NCBI GenBank assembly: GCA_913043225.1
Contig: CAJWLU010000008.1
Location: 64,001 to 128,000 of the forward strand
Source: an uncultured Acidobacteriota bacterium
Lineage (GTDB): Bacteria > Acidobacteriota > Vicinamibacteria > Vicinamibacterales > UBA8438
Direction: 5' to 3'
Length of the DNA: 64,000 nucleotides
Of the stretch, positions 18,868 to 27,844 are shown piece after piece. The notes under the pieces were generated by a model. That model did no database searches. It saw only the letters and a list, made by a program, of their open reading frames with translations, and was not told the origin of the DNA. Each line of letters starts with the position of its first letter. Position 1 is the first letter of the stretch. Made by a program: the position numbers and the translations under genes.

Positions 18868-21777
18868 ATGCCTAGGAACATTGGCGCAATTGTCGTACTC
18901 GTTATCGCCGGCCTCGTGTTGGCACCGTCCGCAGGCTGGGCGCAGGAAGATGCCGGCATCGGCGGCCGAATTGTCGACGACACCGGGGGCGTGCTCCCTG
19001 GCGTGTCGGTCAACGTTACCAGTCCTGCACTCCTCGCCGATCGCGAGGCATTCAGTGACGCAGCCGGAAACTTTCTCGTCACCAACCTGCCCTCGGGCGA
19101 GTATACGGTGACATTCACGTTGCAGGGCTTCGGCACCGTCGTACGCGAGGGGGTCACGCTCCAGGGTGCCTTCGTGGCGGATCTCGACATCGAACTCGGC
19201 GTCGGCGCCGTTGCTGAAACCCTGACGGTACGGGGCGCCGCGCCCCTCGTCGACGTTAGGAGCACGCGGAACCAGCAGGTGCTGACTGCCGACCGGGTGA
19301 ACGTTCTCCCGGGCGCAGCGAACATCTATCAGGCATCCCAGTACGTGCCTGGTGTGGTTATCGGTGGACCCTACGGCGGGCGTCCGGAACTACACGGATC
19401 GGATGCTTTGGACGGCCTGCCTGCCATCGACGGCGTGCAGACTGGAGCGCAGCTCCAAGGCCGCGGTGAGTGGGGCGGCGGCATCGGTGGCGTCACCAAC
19501 GAGGCGCAGGTCACCGAAGTCGTCTTCGACGTCGCGTCGCAGTCCGCTGAGTACGCCACAAGCGGGATGCGGACCAACGTCGTCCCCAAGTCGGGCGGAA
19601 ACACGTTCGCCTACAACGTCTTCGTAGACGGCACGAACTCGAAGTTTCAGTCGAACAACCTGAGTCCGGCCCTTGAGGAACAGGGCTTCGCGTTCGCGCC
19701 GGTCGACTATCGGTGGAATCTCAATCCCGCGGTTGGGGGCCCGATCGTTCGAGACAAGCTTTGGTTCTTTGGCTCGGTCCTGACCGGGCAGAGCCGAAAC
19801 TTCATTCTCGACCAGTTCTTTGACCTGAATGAACCGTCGACGCCGTCTTCGGTCACCGAGGACGATCTGCGGGCCTTCAATCAGCGGACCCCGAATCAGC
19901 AGAGCCTCCGCCTGACGTGGCAGGCCACCCAACGGCACAAGTTCGCGGTCAACATCATGCACGAGAACACGCCTTATTCCCGTGCTATGCCGTCTGGCGT
20001 ATTTGGTAAGATTGCCCCGGCGTCAGCCTACCAAGGCGATAGCCCGGACCTACTCGTCAGCACGCGATGGACCGCACCAGTGACGAATGCGCTGCTCTTG
20101 GAGGCAGACTTCGCATACCAGAAGGCCCACATCAACACGCGGCCGATGGATCACGGCGAAGCGCGGATGCAGATTTCTGACGTCGCGAGCGGTGCTGTTA
20201 CCTCGAGCAGTTTCCAGAACCACCACAACATCGACTATCACCACCGTGTCAACGCGTCGATGTCGTACGTGACCGGCTCGCACAACTTCAAGGCGGGCCT
20301 CAAGTACGACCGGAATAACACCTCCCTCTCCTACACGCCGCCAGGGGAGATCTTCTCGGGCTACGCGTTCAACGGGTGGCCGATCGGGATCCTGGTGGGT
20401 GTTAACGGGACCAGCAAAAGCAACATCAACATGAACTGCGACTGTGGCATCTATGTGCAGGATGCTTGGACGCTAGACCGGCTGACGATCAACGGTGGGT
20501 TCCGGTTCGACTGGTTCAATAACTCAGTTCCGGGCGGTACCCGTCCCGAGGGCTACTGGGCGCCGGCGCTGACGCTTCCTGACCCCATCATCGAAAACGT
20601 GCCGAACTGGAAGAATTTCAACGGGCGGTTCGGTATCGCCTATGACCTGTTCGGTGACGGTTCGACTGCGGTGAAGATGTCCGCGGGGCGCTTCGTTGAG
20701 TACCACGGCACCGGGCTGACCCAGGGCTTCAACCCGGTCAACGCCTATTCACTCGACTGGCGGTCGTGGACTGACCTCAATTACGACGGCACTGCGCTTA
20801 ACCCTGATGGGACACCGCAGTTCGACGAGGTTGGGCCTTCGAACAACCCGAACTTTGGGACCGGCACCATCCAGACTCAGCTTGACCCGGATGCGCCGCG
20901 GAACACCAACTGGGAGTACTCGGCCGGCATCGAGCGCCAGCTTGGTCCCGGCTGGTCGGTTAGCGGAATGTGGCACCGACGGAGCTACGGCAACTTCCGG
21001 TGGACCGATAACCTGAACACCTCCGCGGCCGACTGGTCGTTGGCAGGGACGTGGACCGGTCCGAGCGACTCGCAGCTGCCAGCTCAGGCACAGAATGTTG
21101 TGGTGCCGATCTATACCACCAGCCCGGATCTCAACATCCTGTCGGGCAACGACCTCCTCACCGGGGCGGAGAATGACTGGAGGACGTGGAACGGGTTCGA
21201 GCTCATCGTCGACGGTGAGCTCTGGCGTGGCGGCTTCATGACCGCCAGCGTCACCGCTGGTTCGGCGACCAACAACTTCTGCCAGAGCGGTATTGCAGAG
21301 AATCCGAACTCTCTGCGGTTCTGTAACTACACCACGCCGTATCGGCCGATGGCCAAGCTGTCGGGTGGGCTGCCGTTGCCCTTCGACACCATGATTTCAG
21401 GTATCTTCCAGGTGTTCCCTGGCGAGGAGATCCAGGCCAACTACACCCTCGACCCGACCGATTTCCCTGGTCTGATCAACTTGGGGGACACGACCGCCAC
21501 GATTCCAACTCTGAGCGTCGGCTTGATCGAGCCGGGGACTGAGTTCGAGCCGTATCGGACGCAGACGAACTTCCGGTTCTCGAAGGTCATCACGATGGGT
21601 GGTGGCAATGTGCGGGCGCGTGTTTACATGGACGCCCAGAACATCTTCAATAAGGCTCGGGTCACGAGCCGGAACCGGTCCTGGGGTGGCGGTGGAGTCA
21701 AGAACCCCGAGTTCCTCAGGGTCATTAACATCGAGCCGGGGCGCGTGCTCTCGTTCGGGGTGCAGACCTACTTCTAG
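18868..21777 (+). CDS. TonB-dependent outer-membrane receptor (Oar-like, N-terminal carboxypeptidase-regulatory domain)
   Basis: Signal peptide; IGGRIVDDTGGVLPGVSV, SAEY, KSGGN, GGPIVRDKLWFF, YVQDAW, RFGIAYDLFGDGSTA; ends in Phe (QTYF). Confidence 0.9.
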   Translation: MPRNIGAIVVLVIAGLVLAPSAGWAQEDAGIGGRIVDDTGGVLPGVSVNVTSPALLADREAFSDAAGNFLVTNLPSGEYTVTFTLQGFGTVVREGVTLQGAFVADLDIELGVGAVAETLTVRGAAPLVDVRSTRNQQVLTADRVNVLPGAANIYQASQYVPGVVIGGPYGGRPELHGSDALDGLPAIDGVQTGAQLQGRGEWGGGIGGVTNEAQVTEVVFDVASQSAEYATSGMRTNVVPKSGGNTFAYNVFVDGTNSKFQSNNLSPALEEQGFAFAPVDYRWNLNPAVGGPIVRDKLWFFGSVLTGQSRNFILDQFFDLNEPSTPSSVTEDDLRAFNQRTPNQQSLRLTWQATQRHKFAVNIMHENTPYSRAMPSGVFGKIAPASAYQGDSPDLLVSTRWTAPVTNALLLEADFAYQKAHINTRPMDHGEARMQISDVASGAVTSSSFQNHHNIDYHHRVNASMSYVTGSHNFKAGLKYDRNNTSLSYTPPGEIFSGYAFNGWPIGILVGVNGTSKSNINMNCDCGIYVQDAWTLDRLTINGGFRFDWFNNSVPGGTRPEGYWAPALTLPDPIIENVPNWKNFNGRFGIAYDLFGDGSTAVKMSAGRFVEYHGTGLTQGFNPVNAYSLDWRSWTDLNYDGTALNPDGTPQFDEVGPSNNPNFGTGTIQTQLDPDAPRNTNWEYSAGIERQLGPGWSVSGMWHRRSYGNFRWTDNLNTSAADWSLAGTWTGPSDSQLPAQAQNVVVPIYTTSPDLNILSGNDLLTGAENDWRTWNGFELIVDGELWRGGFMTASVTAGSATNNFCQSGIAENPNSLRFCNYTTPYRPMAKLSGGLPLPFDTMISGIFQVFPGEEIQANYTLDPTDFPGLINLGDTTATIPTLSVGLIEPGTEFEPYRTQTNFRFSKVITMGGGNVRARVYMDAQNIFNKARVTSRNRSWGGGGVKNPEFLRVINIEPGRVLSFGVQTYF

Positions 21778-21800
21778 AGCCGTTTTTCCGGGGTAACATG

Positions 21801-21839
21801 AAACGCCGGGGAGCCGAAAGGCTCCCCGGCGTTTTTTTT
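21801..21839 (+). terminator. Rho-independent terminator
   Basis: AAACGCCGGGGAGCC-GAAA-GGCTCCCCGGCG followed by eight T, 23 nt after the receptor stop. Confidence 0.9.
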
Positions 21840-21850
21840 GGGCGCGCATC

Positions 21851-23632
21851 ATGCCAAGTCTCTTGTTTTTCGGCCGCGGTCTCGCCGCTGGGCTACTGCT
21901 CGCGGTTGCTGCCGACGCGTTACCACAGCCCGCAGCACCCCACGCTGGCGAGGTCTGGTTCACCGAACAAGCCGAGGCGGTTGGCATCGACTTTGTGCAC
22001 TTCAATGGGATGTCGGGCGAGCTCTACGTGAGTGAACTTTTGGCCCCGGGCGCCGCGGTGTTTGACATGGACAACGACGGTGACCTCGACATCTATCTCA
22101 TTCAGGGGCAAATGCTCGGTCCGGGCAAAACGCTCGACGATGCGCTTCTTCCGCCGCAGACCACTCCGTTGACGGACCGCCTCTATAGGAACGATTTGGC
22201 CATTGATAGTGACGGGCGACGCATACTGCAATTCAGAGATGTCACCGAAGCGAGTGGGCTCGACGTGCGCTCGTACGGCATGGGCGTCGCCGCGGGCGAC
22301 GTCGACAATGATGGCTGGGTCGACCTTTATCGCACCGGCCTTGGTCCGGATCAGCTGTTCCTCAATAACGGCGACGGAACCTTTGCCGATGTGTCGGACC
22401 GGATCGGCATGGGGAATCCGGGGTGGGGTGTGTCGGCGTCATTCGTGGACTTCGATGGTGACGGCTGGCTCGACCTGTTCGTGGGCAACTACCTCCAGCA
22501 CGATCTCGACGCCCGCCAGCCAGAATGTCTGACGCGTACGGGGGAACGGGACTACTGTGGCCCGCAGGCCTACGCGGCTGTCCCCGATCGGTTGTTTCGC
22601 AACCGCGGCGACGGCACGTTCGTCGACGTGACGACCCAGGCTCTGGTGGCCGGTGAGTTCGGTCCCGCGCTCGGCGTGGTCGCTTCGGATCTTGACGGTG
22701 ATGGCTGGCAGGACCTTTACGTGGCGAACGACGCCGCGCCAAACCAGCTGTGGATCAACCAGCAGGACGGGAGCTTTCGCAACGGCGCGCTGCTGGCTGG
22801 TACGGCGTTCAACGGCGATGGTCGGGTCGAGGGCAGTATGGGGGTCGATGCCGGCGATTTCGACGGTGATGGTGACGACGATCTCTTTATGACGCACCTG
22901 ACGACGGAGACCAATACTCTCTATGTCAACACTGGTGCCGGGTTGTTCGAGGACCGGACCGTGCAGACCGGTCTCGGCGGCCCGAGTCTGGCCTATACCG
23001 GATTCGGGACCGCCTGGGTGGACCTGGACAACGATGGGTGGCTCGACCTGCTGGTAGCGAATGGTGCCGTGCAGGCCAAGCATCAGCGGTTCTCGAGCCA
23101 GAGTTCGTCCGCGTCGTCACCGGCGACGGGGGCGCCGGCACTGGCCCAGCCCAATCAACTGTTCCGCAATCTGGGCAACGGCCGGTTTGAGGAGACCAGC
23201 GACCGGGCTGGCGTCGTATTCGAGCTGTCTGGAGTGAGTCGAGGCGCCGCGTTCGGTGACGTGGACAACGACGGTGACGTGGACGTACTGGTCACCAACA
23301 ACAACGGTCGGGCACGGCTGCTGATCAACGAGGTCGGTCACCAGCGGTCGTGGGTCGGGTTGCGGCTGGTCGGTGGCGCAGGGCCTCGCGACATGCTGGG
23401 TGCGCGGGTCGGTGTGTTCCGCGACGTGGGCGCTCCGCTTTGGCGTCGGGCAAGGGCCGACGGGAGCTACGCTTCGGCCAGCGATCCCAGGGTGCTTGTG
23501 GGGCTGGGCGAGGCGACGACGGTCGACCATGTTCGCGTGATCTGGCCTGGTGGTCGTGAAGAGGCCTGGACGGATATTCCGGTGAACCGGTGGCTGACCC
23601 TCACCGAGGGCACTGGTCGGAGCCAGCCATGA
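21851..23632 (+). CDS. CRTAC1-family protein (FG-GAP/VCBS repeats + ASPIC/UnbV), copy 1
   Basis: Signal peptide; repeated DxDxDGxxDL motifs; SRGAAFGDVDNDGDVD; GSYASASDPRVLVGLG; WPGG. Confidence 0.9.
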   Translation: MPSLLFFGRGLAAGLLLAVAADALPQPAAPHAGEVWFTEQAEAVGIDFVHFNGMSGELYVSELLAPGAAVFDMDNDGDLDIYLIQGQMLGPGKTLDDALLPPQTTPLTDRLYRNDLAIDSDGRRILQFRDVTEASGLDVRSYGMGVAAGDVDNDGWVDLYRTGLGPDQLFLNNGDGTFADVSDRIGMGNPGWGVSASFVDFDGDGWLDLFVGNYLQHDLDARQPECLTRTGERDYCGPQAYAAVPDRLFRNRGDGTFVDVTTQALVAGEFGPALGVVASDLDGDGWQDLYVANDAAPNQLWINQQDGSFRNGALLAGTAFNGDGRVEGSMGVDAGDFDGDGDDDLFMTHLTTETNTLYVNTGAGLFEDRTVQTGLGGPSLAYTGFGTAWVDLDNDGWLDLLVANGAVQAKHQRFSSQSSSASSPATGAPALAQPNQLFRNLGNGRFEETSDRAGVVFELSGVSRGAAFGDVDNDGDVDVLVTNNNGRARLLINEVGHQRSWVGLRLVGGAGPRDMLGARVGVFRDVGAPLWRRARADGSYASASDPRVLVGLGEATTVDHVRVIWPGGREEAWTDIPVNRWLTLTEGTGRSQP

Positions 23633-25296
23633 GCCGGCATCCCATGCGATTAGGGACGCTCTCGCTGGCGGGTCTGCTGCTGGCGACGCCGGGCGCGGCG
23701 ATTGTCGGCACGGTCGCGGTCTACGCCGTCTCTCAGGCTGCCGAACCGTCCGTCGTGGCGGTGGTGCTCCCCGATCTTGAAGGCATGCATCCGTCGGTGC
23801 GGGAGCAGATACGCGAGGCCCATCGAGCGTTGCTGGCGCTCGAGCCCGAGGATCGGAGCACGGCCTACGGACAGTTGGGCACTCTCCTGTTCGCCGGTGA
23901 GTATCTGGTCGAGGCGGAGACCTGCTTTCGCAATGCTCAGCGGCTCGCGCCAGACGTGTTTCGCTGGTCCTACTATCTGGGGCACGTGTACAAGAGCACC
24001 GGGCGGCTGACCCAGGCTGTGGAGCAGTTTGAGCAGGCGCTGCGATTGCGGCCAGGTGATCTCCCGACACTCGTGTGGCTCGGGCAGGTCCTCATCGACC
24101 TCGGTCAGCCAAAGGCCGCGGAGTTGCTGCTCGCCGACGCCGACGGGCGGCATCCGGACACCCAGTCCGTGCTGTTCCAGCTGGGTCGCGCCGCTGGCGC
24201 CATGGGGGACCATGAGGAGGCGGTGAGCCGCCTGGAGGCTGCACTTGAGTTGAATCCCGGTGCCACGATGGTGCACTACCCGCTGGCTATGGCGTATCGC
24301 GGGCTCGGCGACCTCGAGCGGGCAGAGGCACACCTCGGCCGAAGCGGCAGAGCGGTCGGCGCTGGAGTGGCCGTGACGGTGCCCGATCCGCTGATGGCCG
24401 ACGTCAACACGGCGCTGCGAAGCCCGCAGGCCTTCTGGGATCTCGGACTGTACGCCGGCTCGCTCGGCAACTGGCCCGAGGCGGTGAGGCAGTTCCAGAG
24501 CGCGGTCGAGCTGGCGCCAGACGTGTCGGCGCTGCGCCTAAACCTTTCCCTGGCGCTGAACCGGGTGGGCGAGGCGCGCTTCGCACTCGAGCAACTCGAG
24601 GAGGCGGTGCGTCTGGAGCCGGAGTTGGCCCTGGCGCATCTCGAAATGGGTGCGCTGTTCGAGCGGAGTGGAAGCGATCCCGAGGCGATCGACCATTTCA
24701 CTCTAGCGACGACGCACGCCCCGGGTCTGGTCGAAGCTCATCTCAGGCTGGCCGATGCGCTTCGTCGCACGGGCCAAGTCAACGCGTCCCTCGCCTCGTA
24801 CGGGCAGGTGCTTAAGCTCGACCCTGGTCGGGCTGAGGCGCGCTTCGGTGAGGTGATGGCTCTGGTGCGCCTGATGCGCCATCGCGACGCCGTGACGCGT
24901 TTGCGCGAGGCGTTGGAGCATCATCCGGGGGAGCAGGCGTTCCGGCAGGCGTTGTCGCGACTGTTGGCGGCGTCGCCAGACCCGATGGTGCGCGACGGTG
25001 CCGAGGCGCTGGCGTTGGTCCAGCCGTTGACCGCGGACGGCGCCACCACGGCCGTGGCCGAGACGATCGCGATGGCGTTTGCTGAGCAAGGTGACTTTCT
25101 CGAGGCGGTCGACTGGCAGCGGGCGGCGATGTCGGGCGCTGCCGGTGCCGGGCACCCGGAGGTCGCGCAGCAAATGGCGGTGAATCTGGCGCTGTACAGG
25201 ACCGGACAAGCTTGTCGAACCCCTTGGCGAGACGACGCGCCGGAACATCGACCTGGGCCGATCGTGGAAGCAGGATTGCTTGATCCAGGTCCTTGA
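23629..25296 (+). CDS. Exported TPR-repeat protein
   Basis: ATGA overlap with the upstream stop; hydrophobic N-terminus; many TPRs; C-terminal LAASPD..VRDG.EAL. Confidence 0.85.
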   Translation: MSRHPMRLGTLSLAGLLLATPGAAIVGTVAVYAVSQAAEPSVVAVVLPDLEGMHPSVREQIREAHRALLALEPEDRSTAYGQLGTLLFAGEYLVEAETCFRNAQRLAPDVFRWSYYLGHVYKSTGRLTQAVEQFEQALRLRPGDLPTLVWLGQVLIDLGQPKAAELLLADADGRHPDTQSVLFQLGRAAGAMGDHEEAVSRLEAALELNPGATMVHYPLAMAYRGLGDLERAEAHLGRSGRAVGAGVAVTVPDPLMADVNTALRSPQAFWDLGLYAGSLGNWPEAVRQFQSAVELAPDVSALRLNLSLALNRVGEARFALEQLEEAVRLEPELALAHLEMGALFERSGSDPEAIDHFTLATTHAPGLVEAHLRLADALRRTGQVNASLASYGQVLKLDPGRAEARFGEVMALVRLMRHRDAVTRLREALEHHPGEQAFRQALSRLLAASPDPMVRDGAEALALVQPLTADGATTAVAETIAMAFAEQGDFLEAVDWQRAAMSGAAGAGHPEVAQQMAVNLALYRTGQACRTPWRDDAPEHRPGPIVEAGLLDPGP

Positions 25297-25326
25297 AAAG
25301 TGACTCGATTGAAAACCAGAAATCCC

Positions 25327-26256
25327 ATGACGACCACAGCTCACTCGTGCCGCCGACGTCTTACCGCTGGGCTGCTCACTGTCGGCCTCTTCGCCTGGGG
25401 AGTGGCCGGAACCAGCGATGTCGTGCTGGCGCAGAGTCGGTCGTTCTTCATCAGCTTTGCCGATGCCGATGGCGTGCCGGTCACCGATCTGACTCGTGAG
25501 GACGTGGTCGTGGAATTGGACGGTGAGCTCGCCGAGACGCTCAGCCTTGAACCGATCGACTGGCCGGTACGGGTCACCGTGTTTGTTGACAACGGTATCA
25601 ACACCAGGCCGATGTTGGACGACATCCGTGAGGGACTCGAGGGCTTCGTGGCAGCGTTGGTACCAGATGTTGAAGTGGCGATCGCCACGACCGGGGGACG
25701 ACCGCAGTTCTGGGCCGAGCACACCATCAACCGGGTAGAGCTCGCCGACGCGATCGGAGTGTTGTCCCCGGCCATCGACGGCCACTCGACCTATCTTGAT
25801 GCGCTCTATGAAGAAGCGGAGCGGATGCACGAAGACGAGGTCGGAGAGTACTTCCCGGTCGTCGTTATGATCTCGACCAACGGCCCCGAGGGGAGCACTC
25901 GCGTCCGCGACCGGCCATTCAGGGAGATGATGGAGCGCTTACTCGCGAACTCCGCCACGGTGCACACGATGATGTTCGCCCACCCGTCGTTCTCCGGGGC
26001 CCCACAGATGCGGTGGGGTATCGACATCGCCGAGGCAACCGGGGGTGGTTATCGAGGGTTGAGCTCACCTAACGGGTTCCGTGTCCTCCTGCCCCAACTG
26101 GCCGAAGACATTGCCCGCAAACACCGGCTGATGAGCAATCAGTTCCGCCTGACATACATGCCGCCCGAGGGCAGCTCCGACCGACCGGCTGTACGGGTGC
26201 TCACGACGCGCACCAGCATCAACATGGTGCCGACCAGAGACGGAAAGGTTCCCTAG
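25327..26256 (+). CDS. Secreted VWA-like domain protein, copy 2
   Basis: Paralogue of 17613-18536 (LEPIDWPVRVT, DALYEEAERMHEDE, FREMMERL). Confidence 0.72.
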   Translation: MTTTAHSCRRRLTAGLLTVGLFAWGVAGTSDVVLAQSRSFFISFADADGVPVTDLTREDVVVELDGELAETLSLEPIDWPVRVTVFVDNGINTRPMLDDIREGLEGFVAALVPDVEVAIATTGGRPQFWAEHTINRVELADAIGVLSPAIDGHSTYLDALYEEAERMHEDEVGEYFPVVVMISTNGPEGSTRVRDRPFREMMERLLANSATVHTMMFAHPSFSGAPQMRWGIDIAEATGGGYRGLSSPNGFRVLLPQLAEDIARKHRLMSNQFRLTYMPPEGSSDRPAVRVLTTRTSINMVPTRDGKVP

Positions 26257-26265
26257 AGAACGGTC

Positions 26266-27705
26266 CTACCGGGCGAGCTGCTGCTCGATGGCGGCGGCGA
26301 GATCCTGGAGACCGTAGCGGCGCGCGAGCGGAAGCGCCTGGCGAAGCCAGCGCTCTGCCTCGGTCATGCGGCCCAGCCTCGCATTGTAGTCCGCCAGCTC
26401 ATACATGAAGACGGGGGTCTCTGGTGACTCCGGCGTCAGACCCCGCTCGATGCTCGCGAAGCCGCGGGTTACGTCTCCCTGTTGCACGAGCAGCCGTCCG
26501 AGGCGGACATGTGCGCCAACGCCGTTCGGCCGTTCGGAGAGGGCGAGCTCGTACTGTTTCATGGCGTCGGCGACCCGCCCCATACCCTCGTATAGTACTC
26601 CCAGGCTGAAGCGGGCGTCATAGTGTGCCGCGTTGAGCTCGAGCGCCCGCACGAGCGGCGCCTCTGATTCGGCCGACCGGCCGGTCTGGAATAGGAGCGT
26701 CGCGTAGTTGTAGTGGGCGTCTGCAAGGTTCGGATTCAGCTCCACCACGCGACGGTAGTGCTGCTCGGCTCGTTCCGCCTGTCCCGTCCGGGTGTAGAGG
26801 TTGATGAGGTTCAGGTGCGCCTGCACAAGATCGGGGTCGTTTGCCAGGGCCTGTTCGTACTGCTGGATCGACTCGACGACTTTGTCCTCGAGCTGTAGGC
26901 GGAACGCTTGCGTCTCGCGCGAACGTGGGTCGGTTCGAAGGGCGTGGATGTCGCTCATCAACGGGTCGTCGGCCGGCGGCCGGCGGCCAGAGGTGCGGGT
27001 CGCCACCGCCATGTGCCGACCTGCGGCCTCTATCTGGCCCAGGTCGCGATAGGTGAGCCCCAGCGCGTAGTGGGCCGCTCCGAACTCGGGTGCGAGCTCG
27101 ATGGCCTGCGTCAGCTGGTCTCTGGCAGCCGCCGAGTCACCGAGCTCAGACAGGGCCCGGCCAAGCCCGTAGACCGCGGGCACGAGTGCGGGGTGATCAC
27201 GTTTCAGCGCTTCGTAGCGCGTCCGACTGTCCTCTATCGCGCCGCTTGAGAGCAGCACGTCAGCCAGCTGCAGACCGGCCGGCGCATACGACGGATCGAG
27301 ACCGACTGCCTGGCGCAGTGCGTCGAGCGCGCCCTCGTGGTCACCGAGCCTGGTCTTGACGCGCCCGAGATAGTATAGCCACGCGAACTGATCCGGTTGG
27401 AGGAAGAGGGCCCGTTCGTAGCATCTCGCCGCCCCCTCGAACTTGTCATAGGCATGGAGCACCATGCCGAGTCGGGCCACCGCCGACGCGCTGTCCGGCG
27501 CGCTCTGCGCGGCGTCGAGCGCGTACCCAACGACGCTGCCGATATGTGGTCCGAACTCGGTGGGGCTGGCGACCATCGCCGCGAGGTCCAACCAGAGTTG
27601 CCGCGTCTCCACGTCCTCGGCGTTCCTGGGGGGGGGAGAACACGCCGCGAGCAGCAGGGCCGCCGCCACGCAGGTGGCGTTGAGTGCTGAGAGGTGAGGG
27701 TGCAT
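26266..27705 (-). CDS. TPR-repeat lipoprotein
   Basis: Lipobox LLAAC; TPR repeats; similar layout to 23629-25296 (W.YYLG, HY.L, DPLM). Confidence 0.83.
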   Translation of the reverse strand: MHPHLSALNATCVAAALLLAACSPPPRNAEDVETRQLWLDLAAMVASPTEFGPHIGSVVGYALDAAQSAPDSASAVARLGMVLHAYDKFEGAARCYERALFLQPDQFAWLYYLGRVKTRLGDHEGALDALRQAVGLDPSYAPAGLQLADVLLSSGAIEDSRTRYEALKRDHPALVPAVYGLGRALSELGDSAAARDQLTQAIELAPEFGAAHYALGLTYRDLGQIEAAGRHMAVATRTSGRRPPADDPLMSDIHALRTDPRSRETQAFRLQLEDKVVESIQQYEQALANDPDLVQAHLNLINLYTRTGQAERAEQHYRRVVELNPNLADAHYNYATLLFQTGRSAESEAPLVRALELNAAHYDARFSLGVLYEGMGRVADAMKQYELALSERPNGVGAHVRLGRLLVQQGDVTRGFASIERGLTPESPETPVFMYELADYNARLGRMTEAERWLRQALPLARRYGLQDLAAAIEQQLAR

Positions 27706-27844
27706 CGATGGCTGCCAGGCGCATTATATGAGCTTGAGGGCGACCGCTGGCCCGTGCGCGGAGCTCTCGGGCCCAGTTGACCGTCCCGTGTGGGGCCTTA
27801 CAATCTGGGATGGACCGTCCGTACTGGCGGGCGAGGAACACGGG

